A program made the position numbers and the translations under genes. A DNA stretch of 11,329 nt from Chthoniobacteraceae bacterium (GTDB lineage Bacteria > Verrucomicrobiota > Verrucomicrobiia > Chthoniobacterales > Chthoniobacteraceae), in the NCBI GenBank assembly GCA_031409335.1, contig JANNWY010000024.1:1-11329 (forward strand), written 5' to 3'. Positions within the stretch are counted from its first letter, which is position 1, and the number at the start of each line of letters is the position of its first letter. This document shows, in pieces, positions 1-7,500 of the stretch. Below the pieces are notes generated by a model that was given only the letters and a program-made list of their open reading frames with translations, was not told the origin of the DNA and did not search any database.

Positions 1-133
1 TGATCGGTTCTGGCGACCGTTTCTGAGGTTACTCTGCCGATTCGCGCACTCTGCGCGCTTTGGCCGCGAATATCTCCAATCCCAGCAAGGCTACCCTCTG
101 TCCGCCGCCGCTTGAGGGTTTTTCAACAGACTG
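1..133. mobile_element. Probable terminal portion of an insertion sequence (IS5-family-like) or related MITE; terminal repeat TTTTTCAACAGACTG at 119-133, followed by candidate target CTAA (134-137)
   Basis: On the minus strand the junction reads TTAG|CAGTCTGTTGAAAAA, which matches from recall the CAG(C/G/T)CTGTTGAAAAA ends of IS5-family elements that insert at YTAR tetranucleotides. The adjacent protein changes at this point from domain-like sequence (FSTVSLTPLPGTSLS) to SLLKNPQAAADRG*. No transposase or second end lies in the window, so the family call is tentative. Confidence 0.6.
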
Positions 134-3100
134 CTAAGCGAGGTGCCGGGCAGCGGGGTGAGGCTGACGGTGGAGAAGCTGTAGGTGAGGGTGCCGCCGG
201 GCGTGCCGTTTTCATCGCCATCGAGCGGCTGCTGATCGGCGGCGGCGCGGATGGTGTCGCCGAGGACATGGACGGTGACGGTGGAGGCGCCGGGCATCGG
301 GTTCGGGAAGAAGAGCCAGGCGAAACTGCCATCCTGCGCAGGGACGATGGTGGCGGGGAGCTTCGCGCCGGTGGTGTCGGTGGCGTAGAAGTTCGCCGCA
401 TTGAGCGAGGTGGGATCGACGGGGCGGCTGAAAAAGACCTGTGGGCGGAAGGTGCTGCCGACTTCGGAGGCAAAGCTGGCGGGGGTGTGCTCGGTGACGG
501 CGAAGGGGATGCGGGCGTCGAGGGTGACGTTCACCGTCTTCACGAGGTGATGGCCGGCGGCGTCGAGGGTATCGAGGGTGAGGACGTGCGCGCCGGGGGC
601 GAGCGCGGCGAGGTCGGGCTGGATGTCGAAGGCGCCGGTGGCGGTGTCGTAGAGGATGGGGATGAGCGGGCCGCCGTCGAACTGGTAGCAGAGGGAGACG
701 ATGGGGGAGCCGGTGCCGTCGGCGCGGCCGGTTAACCGGCTTTCGGCGACAAGAATGTCGCCGCTCCCAGTGTTGAGGGTGAGCGTGGGATCGAGGGCAT
801 CGACGGTGAAGCGGACGGTGAACGGACTGGCGGCGTTGCCGACGGCGTCGGTTGCGTTGATGACGAGCGTGTGTGCGCCGTGGGCGAGCGTGCCGGCCGG
901 GATCGTGAATTTTCCGGTGGCATCCAGCGTGAGCGAGACAGGCGCGGCTTTGTCGAATTTCGCCGTGGCGGTGGCGACGCCGGAGAGGTTGTCGAGGATG
1001 TGGCCGGTGATGGCGGGGCTGGTGGCGAAGACGTCGCCATTTTCCAAGCCATCGACCATGACGAGCGGGGCGGAGGTATCGGCACCGGCATTGAAGCGGG
1101 CGATGACCCAGTCGCCGATTTCGTCGCCCATCGCGAGGCCGTCGTTCGTGGCGAACGAGAAATGGATGCCGCCGAAAACGCGGCTGTCGCTGGCTTCCTT
1201 GGCGGCTTCCTCGAAGTTGTCGAATGCGCGGGTGACATTCGGCAGGCCGGGGCTGCCAATGGTGAAATCGTAATTCGCGCCGAAGACGCTGGTGAGCACG
1301 TCCGCGGCGGCGGCGCTGAAGGTGGAATGGCCGGAGGTGTATTCGGGGAAGGGCGGGGTGATGAGGAGCGGCTCCCAGGCGTCGTCTTCGACGGTCGCGG
1401 CGTTGCCGTCGTTTTCCGCGTCGTGGATCGCGGTGATGGGCCGCCACGTTTCGTAAAAATATTTGGCGTCCCAGCAGGCGATGGCGGCGTCGGCGAGGGC
1501 GACGTTGAGCGTGGCGAGGAGGCGGGCGTTGGCGGCGGTGCTGTGGCCCGCGTCGAGGGCGGCGAGGCTGGCGATCTGATTCCAATGACCGGCCGGGGTG
1601 ACGGTGCCGACGCCATCGGCCCAGAAACGGGCGATCTGCTTTTGATCGGCGGTGCGCACGGTGCTGTTCGCGCTGCCGATGTCTTTCACCTCGTTGAAGG
1701 CGGTGGCATAGGTGGCGCTATCGAGCGCGGGCGGGCCGTCGGGGCGGAATTGCTCGGGCGTTTTCAGCGCGAAGGGGGTGAGCGTGGCCCACTGCGGGAG
1801 GAGCGCCACGTCGTACATCGGCGCGGTGGTCTGCCAGTCGCCGGGGAGATTGCCGGAGGTGTAGTTGACGAAATCGTCGAAGCCGTCATTACTGCGGATG
1901 GCGATGATGAGGCTGGCGATGGATTCGCCGAAGGTGACGCCGGCTGCGCGCGCGGTGGTGTCGGTGACGCGGGCGAGGCTGGTGGCGAAGGCGGCGTCGA
2001 GCGTGGTCTGCTGGCCGGGGTAGAGATAAAGCAGGACGCGATGCGCGGCGGCGACGACGGCGGCTTCAAGGGAAGCGCCCGCGGGCGCGGTGACTTTGGT
2101 GTAGTAGCCAGCGGTGCCATCGAAGGCGCTCACGACATCGAACATCGCGAGGCTGGTCATCGCAAGGCCGCGGCTGGCGACGGGCGGGGCGGAGGCGTCG
2201 CGCGTGATGGCGCTGAGATTTTCCGTGTTCCACTCGAGCACCACGTCGGTGCCGCCGGTGATGGCGGTTTTGGTGAAGGTGGCGTTGAGCGTGCCAGTAT
2301 TCCCGGCGAGGTCGGTGATGCCGAAGGAGAGCACATTCGCGCCGTCGGCGAGGGTGAGATTCGGGAGGACGAACTTGCCGGTGTTGTCGGCGATGGCGCT
2401 TTTCCCGCCGACGCTGATGCGGGCACCGGGCTCGGCGCTGCCGGTGAGATTGACCACGCTCGCGCTGGTGAGGCCGTCGCCAGTGGTGCCGGTGTCGGAT
2501 GCGAGGGAAAGCGCCACGCTGGTGCCGGTCGGCGCGGTGGTATCGAGGCGGAAGGTGAAGGAGGATTCGCGGGCACCGCCATCGGTACCGCGGGTTTCGA
2601 TGCGGAGCTTGTAGGTGCCGTCGGTGAGCGGGCTGCCGTTGAGGGCGTTCAGCTTGGCGACGGACAGGGTGAAATTCCCGCCCGCATCGGGAGTGATGGC
2701 GAAGGTTTTCAGCGCGCCATTTCCGATGGCCGCGCGGAAGCCTGCGATACCCGTCGTGAGGGCGAGATGGCCAGTGATGGCGACATCGGTGGAGACGGCG
2801 TCGAAGTTGTAAAGGCCGGTATCGTTGACCAGTTTGAAGGTGAGGAAATTGGCCCCGAGGCTGCCGTGCGAGAGGAAGCGGGCGTCGGCGATGGGGAAGA
2901 CGGTGGTGGTGCCGATCTTTACTTTCGCCGGAAGGAGATACGCGCCGACGAAGCTGTCGGCGTCGAGGCTGCCGCGCACGCTGAATGATTTGAGGGACGC
3001 GGTGCGCGCGGTACCGAGCAGAACGTCGTTGCCATCCTTGAACTCTGTATCGACCGGGTTCAGGCCGCCGCCGATGACGGATTTCTCTACCGATCCGCCG

Positions 3101-4311
3101 ATGGCGACCGCTCCGATTTTGCCCGCTGCGAAGATATCCGCATTGGTGCCAGTGCCACCGAGCGTATGATCCGCGCCGAGATTCCCGCCAGCGAGGATGA
3201 GTGAGTCGGTGAGGTTTTTCGCGATGCTGATGTTGCCAAAGCCTGACGCGGTGAGTGTCGCCCCGAGGACGTTGCCGCCATTGGTGCGGACATTTTTCAC
3301 GACGACATTTCCGGCAGCGCCGACGGCGAAAAGGTCGCCCGTCAAATCGCCGCCAACCACGGAGAGTGCGCCGACTGCACCGGCTGACGTGATGGTGGCG
3401 GACAGGTTCCCATTGGCCACGGTGATATTCCCAAAGCGCAACGCATTCCATTGACCGCCCGCCTCGCCATTCACCGCGATGTTTCCCACCGCACCTGCCG
3501 TCGAAATGTTTCCGGTGAGGTCGCCGCCGCGGACGGCAATGCCCCCGATCGCGCCTTGGGCCGTGATATTACCTGAGAAATCACCGACCTTCACCGAAAG
3601 CGAAGCGAGCGCGGGATTTCTCCCGAGAGCGCCGGAGGAAGCCGTCGCCGTGAGATCGGCCGCAAAGCCTCCCGTCGTGGAGGCCACCGCGCCGAAACTC
3701 GCCGCTGTCCACTGACCATCTGCGGCGCTCTTCACCGTCGCGGAGAGTTTGCCTCCGACGGTGAGGTCGCTGCCGGTTCCGACATTGCCCAGCACCAGCA
3801 CAGTGGAGGAATTCGCCGCGCCGCCCAGCACGATGTCCGCGCCATTGGTGAGATCGCGGAGGGCGACTCCGCCGAGCGCGCCGGTCGCGGTCAGCCCAGT
3901 TCCGATGAGATTTGAAGTCGGAGCGGACAGGCCCCGCAGCGCACCGGTGATGTCGATGCTGCCGATATTCAGCAGGCCATTGCCGCCCGCCACTTTCTGC
4001 ACGGTAACGCTGAGGACGCTTCGCGCATCGGTGCCCGCCAGCGTGAGGTGATCGAGCGCACCGCGCCCTTTGTCATCCGGCTGATCAAGCGCGAAATCGA
4101 GCGTGCCCGCGCCGGTGAGTTTCAGGGAGACGAGATCACCATCCGCATCGAAAAACTGGCCCGACGCCGCCATGACGATGCGCGGCTCCAGCGATTCGCA
4201 GATGGCGAAAGCTGGCTTTACACGGGAAGTGAGACTTCGCTCACGCGCATTTGAATTACCACAACAGCTCCGATCTCGCGGGGGGGGGGGAGATATACCC
4301 GATTCAGCCAT
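91..4311 (-). CDS. Large extracellular multidomain protein: LEPRxLL-like motif, Gly-rich repeats, Ig-like domains, vanadium-dependent haloperoxidase (PAP2-superfamily) domain, further Ig-like domains; probably C-terminally truncated by an IS
   Basis: Long ORF with strong GC3 bias. CESLEPRIVMAA resembles LEPRxLL. It also has DADGDLVSLKLTGAG, Ig-like junction motifs (DTTAP, SDTGTTGDGLT, DTSAP, DALDP), the haloperoxidase motifs WDAKYFYETWRP, PPFPEYTSGHS and SRVFGGIHF, and a Big_5-like segment (QVFFSRPVDPTSLNAANF). The start is uncertain: ATG at 4311 (MAESG) or 4368. Confidence 0.9.
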   Translation of the reverse strand: MAESGISPPPPRDRSCCGNSNARERSLTSRVKPAFAICESLEPRIVMAASGQFFDADGDLVSLKLTGAGTLDFALDQPDDKGRGALDHLTLAGTDARSVLSVTVQKVAGGNGLLNIGSIDITGALRGLSAPTSNLIGTGLTATGALGGVALRDLTNGADIVLGGAANSSTVLVLGNVGTGSDLTVGGKLSATVKSAADGQWTAASFGAVASTTGGFAADLTATASSGALGRNPALASLSVKVGDFSGNITAQGAIGGIAVRGGDLTGNISTAGAVGNIAVNGEAGGQWNALRFGNITVANGNLSATITSAGAVGALSVVGGDLTGDLFAVGAAGNVVVKNVRTNGGNVLGATLTASGFGNISIAKNLTDSLILAGGNLGADHTLGGTGTNADIFAAGKIGAVAIGGSVEKSVIGGGLNPVDTEFKDGNDVLLGTARTASLKSFSVRGSLDADSFVGAYLLPAKVKIGTTTVFPIADARFLSHGSLGANFLTFKLVNDTGLYNFDAVSTDVAITGHLALTTGIAGFRAAIGNGALKTFAITPDAGGNFTLSVAKLNALNGSPLTDGTYKLRIETRGTDGGARESSFTFRLDTTAPTGTSVALSLASDTGTTGDGLTSASVVNLTGSAEPGARISVGGKSAIADNTGKFVLPNLTLADGANVLSFGITDLAGNTGTLNATFTKTAITGGTDVVLEWNTENLSAITRDASAPPVASRGLAMTSLAMFDVVSAFDGTAGYYTKVTAPAGASLEAAVVAAAHRVLLYLYPGQQTTLDAAFATSLARVTDTTARAAGVTFGESIASLIIAIRSNDGFDDFVNYTSGNLPGDWQTTAPMYDVALLPQWATLTPFALKTPEQFRPDGPPALDSATYATAFNEVKDIGSANSTVRTADQKQIARFWADGVGTVTPAGHWNQIASLAALDAGHSTAANARLLATLNVALADAAIACWDAKYFYETWRPITAIHDAENDGNAATVEDDAWEPLLITPPFPEYTSGHSTFSAAAADVLTSVFGANYDFTIGSPGLPNVTRAFDNFEEAAKEASDSRVFGGIHFSFATNDGLAMGDEIGDWVIARFNAGADTSAPLVMVDGLENGDVFATSPAITGHILDNLSGVATATAKFDKAAPVSLTLDATGKFTIPAGTLAHGAHTLVINATDAVGNAASPFTVRFTVDALDPTLTLNTGSGDILVAESRLTGRADGTGSPIVSLCYQFDGGPLIPILYDTATGAFDIQPDLAALAPGAHVLTLDTLDAAGHHLVKTVNVTLDARIPFAVTEHTPASFASEVGSTFRPQVFFSRPVDPTSLNAANFYATDTTGAKLPATIVPAQDGSFAWLFFPNPMPGASTVTVHVLGDTIRAAADQQPLDGDENGTPGGTLTYSFSTVSLTPLPGTSLSSLLKNPQAAADRG
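1095..2247 (-). other. Vanadium-dependent haloperoxidase / PAP2-family domain within the large protein
   Basis: Runs from DVVLEWN to WVIARF. Contains PPVASRGLAM, RSNDG, PGDW, IARFWADG, K-x6-RP (KYFYETWRP, ~1437-1465), SGH (~1328-1336) and SR-x4-IH (~1163-1186). Confidence 0.9.
4280..4290 (-). repeat. Homopolymer G11 (C11 on the coding strand) within the 5' end of the large surface-protein gene
   Basis: Directly visible: cgatctcgc-GGGGGGGGGGG-agatat. The coding strand reads TCT CCC CCC CCC CCG (SPPPP), currently in frame. Confidence 0.9.
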
Positions 4312-4539
4312 AAGCCGACGGAGCGTCCGCTTTTTGCTACTGCACGAATTAATGAGTCCATAACGCAATCACCTTTCTGGGGTTTGATGTTGAACTGAAT
4401 GAAATCGACCGCGGTGGAGGCCTAGCTGGGATCGAAACGGCTGGCGAGAAAAATGTCCCAGGTTGGGTCGCGAAGGGATGCAACGTAAGTCCCGGTGGGG
4501 AGTTGCGAAGTGTGGAATGTGCTGTAACGAAAACGTCAC

Positions 4540-7500
4540 ATGCACCCCCGCACGTTTTTTCCCTCCTTTTTCTCCGTCGTTCTGCTTGCCATCTTCCTGA
4601 GTGGCTCATGTTTCGCGCGCGCTCAGGTCGTGATTTCGGAGTTTATGGCGGAGAATTTTACCTCGCCGTACGTGGATGAAAACGATGATCGCGAGGACTG
4701 GCTGGAGTTGCACAATACGGGCGCGGGTGCGGTGAATCTGAATGGCTGGTATCTGACGGATGAGGCAACGGATTTGCGGAAGTGGCAGTTTCCGGTGAGC
4801 ACGCCGGCGGTGTCGCTGGCTCCCGGCGCGCGCCTGCTGGTGTGGTGCTCGAATAAGAACCGCAAGACGAACGCGGCGCGTTTGCACACGAATTTCAAGC
4901 TCGGCAACGATGGGGAATATCTCGCGCTGGTGCGTGCGGATGGGCTGACGGTGGAGCATCACTACAACAGTTTTCTTCAGCTAAGTGGCAAGCTGACCTA
5001 CCCGCCGCAGCCGCCGGATGTGAGCTGCGGGATTTCCGGCGGGACGCAGTGGCAGACTTTGCTCGGACCGCCGCCGGGTGCGACGAGCTACTCGCTCGGC
5101 ATCCGGGCGCGGGTGCCATTGGGCGCGGGGGATATGACGGGGTGGAATCAGCGCGTTTATACGGAGTCCGGGACGACTTGGTATAGCCGCTCTGTGGGGC
5201 TCGATGCGGGGTATTACAAAGGGATCGGTTTCGATACGGTTGGGAATACGGCTTATCTGATCCACCCTTCGGGAAATGCGCGGTATTTTCCCGGTGTCAC
5301 GCCGAATACCGCATGGATGAGCACGATCAATTCGACGATCCAGTTGCGGTTTCCTTTCACCGTGGCGGACGCGGCGCAGGTGCAGGCGCTGCAATTGAAA
5401 ATCCGCTGGGAAGACGGCTACATCGCGTATCTGAACGGCGTGAAAATCAGTGAGGCGAACGCGCCCGTTTCGCCGGTATTCAATTCATCGGCGACCGCCG
5501 ACCGGCAGGATGGAGAATGCGAGGACGTGGACATCGTCTCGCTCGCGGGCGCGCAGGTGAATCTGGTGGCGGGTGCGAATGTGCTGGCGATCCAGGGGCT
5601 GAACAATTCGGCGAGCAACGCGCTTTTCCTCTGCACGCCGACGATCGAGGCGCGCGTGCCGGGCGGCGGAACGCCGGGGCAGGCGGGATATTTGCAGGCG
5701 GCGACGCCGGGCGCGGAGAATGCCGTGGCGTCGTCGGCCATCGGGCCGATCATCACGGATACGACGAAGGCTCCGGCGCAGCCAGTCGCGGGAAGCGCGA
5801 CACCGATCACGGTGATGGCGCGGGTGCGTCCGGCGCTGAATGCGATCAGCGCGGTGACGCTGCATCATCGCGCGATGTATGCGGTGGAAACGCCGGTCGT
5901 GATGCTGGACGACGGGCTCAACGGCGACGTGCTCGCGGGCGATGGCATTTTCACGGGGCGGATTCCGGTGACTACTTTGCTGCCGGGCGAGATGCTGCGC
6001 TGGCGGGTGGAGGCGACCGACACGCTCACGAACAAAAGCACCGATCCGGTTTACCTCGATGCGACGGACAACGATCAGTACTTCGGCACCGTGGCGCTCG
6101 ATCCGGCGCTGGCGACTTCGCAACTGCCGGTGCTGCATTGGTTCGTGGCGAGCGCGGACGACTCGGGCACGCGCGCGAAGACGGGCGCGCGCTGTTCGTT
6201 TTTTTATCGCGTGCAAAAGGCGGACCTGACTTGGGAAAACAATTTTTACGACAACGTGGTGGTGAGCCTCCACGGGCAGTCGTCGTCGCAATTTCCGGTG
6301 ACCAAGAAGAGTCACAATCTCGGCTTTAACAAAGACAACCGCTTTGAATGGAGCAACGCGGAGGAGCGCGTGAAGGGGCTGAACCTGCTGACGAATTACG
6401 CGGACAAGGCAAAGTTGCGCAACACGATGGCGTGGGACACTTGGAATCGCGCGCTCCAGCCGTCGCACTGGAGCCTGCCGGTGCGGGTGCAGAAGAACGG
6501 GGTGTTCTGGGGCCTCTACGATTTGGTGGAAGATGCGCACGAGCAATTCCTCGATCGCGTGGGGCTCGACCCGGAGGGTGCGCTTTACAAGGTGTATAAC
6601 TCGCTCGAAAACGTGAACCAGTCGGTGAATGCGGGGAACGGGATCGAGAAAAAGACGCGGGAATTTGAAGGCTACAGCGATCTCGCGGCGCTCGAAGCCG
6701 GGATGAATACGACGAACTCGCTGAGCAGCCGGCGCACATATCTTTACGACAATGTGAACGTGCCGCATCTGGTGAACCAGCTCGCGATTTCCACGCTGAT
6801 CGCGAGCAACGACTACGGGCACAAAAACTATTACATGTATCGCGACACGCTCGGGACCGGCGAGTGGTCGATGCTGCCGTGGGATCAGGATCTTTCCTTC
6901 GGCCACACCTGGGTCGGCGGGCCAGCGTATTTCGACGACGACATCGACAGCCATCTCGGCCTCGTGCTCGGAGCGACGGGGACCAACCGCCTGACAGGAA
7001 TGATTTGCAGCAACAATGCGACCACCTCATCGACCGAACTCGTGCAGATGTATCTGCGGCGGCTGCGCACGCTGATGGATCAGTTTCTCGTCTCATCCAC
7101 CGCGACCGATGGGCCGATGGAGCAGCGCATCAACCAGATCGTCGATCGGCTCGATCCGCCTGGCGCGGGCTTCACGACGGATGGCGATCTCGATCTTCAA
7201 AAATGGGGATACTGGACGGACGGCAGCGGCACCTCGATTTCCGGCGTCGGGCTGGATACGGCGATCCACGACCACGGTATGCGCAAGCAGGCGCTGCGCA
7301 TCCTCAGCAGCAATCCGAGCCCGCCTTACCCCGCCGCAAATCCAAACACGAATCTGAACCGCACGACGATTCCCGCATTCCTGCCGGGGCGGCGTGCGCT
7401 TTTTTACGGCGGAACGCTCAGCCTGCTCGGCCAGACGATCCCGCCTGCCCAGACGCTCGCGCCCGCGGTGACCATCGAGGCGGTCGAATTCAATCCGGCC

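Noticed and set aside
871..2988. 705-aa plus-strand ORF, and the other ORFs overlapping the large minus-strand gene (e.g. 112-735, 212-1585, 2066-3451)
   Set aside because: Antisense or alternate-frame shadows expected from high GC3 bias; low-complexity G/E/R/A or R/P/H composition with no recognisable motifs.
4420..4530. Possible cobalamin or other riboswitch (gctgtaa and several short stems)
   Set aside because: Other conserved elements could not be identified; there is not enough support without an Rfam search.
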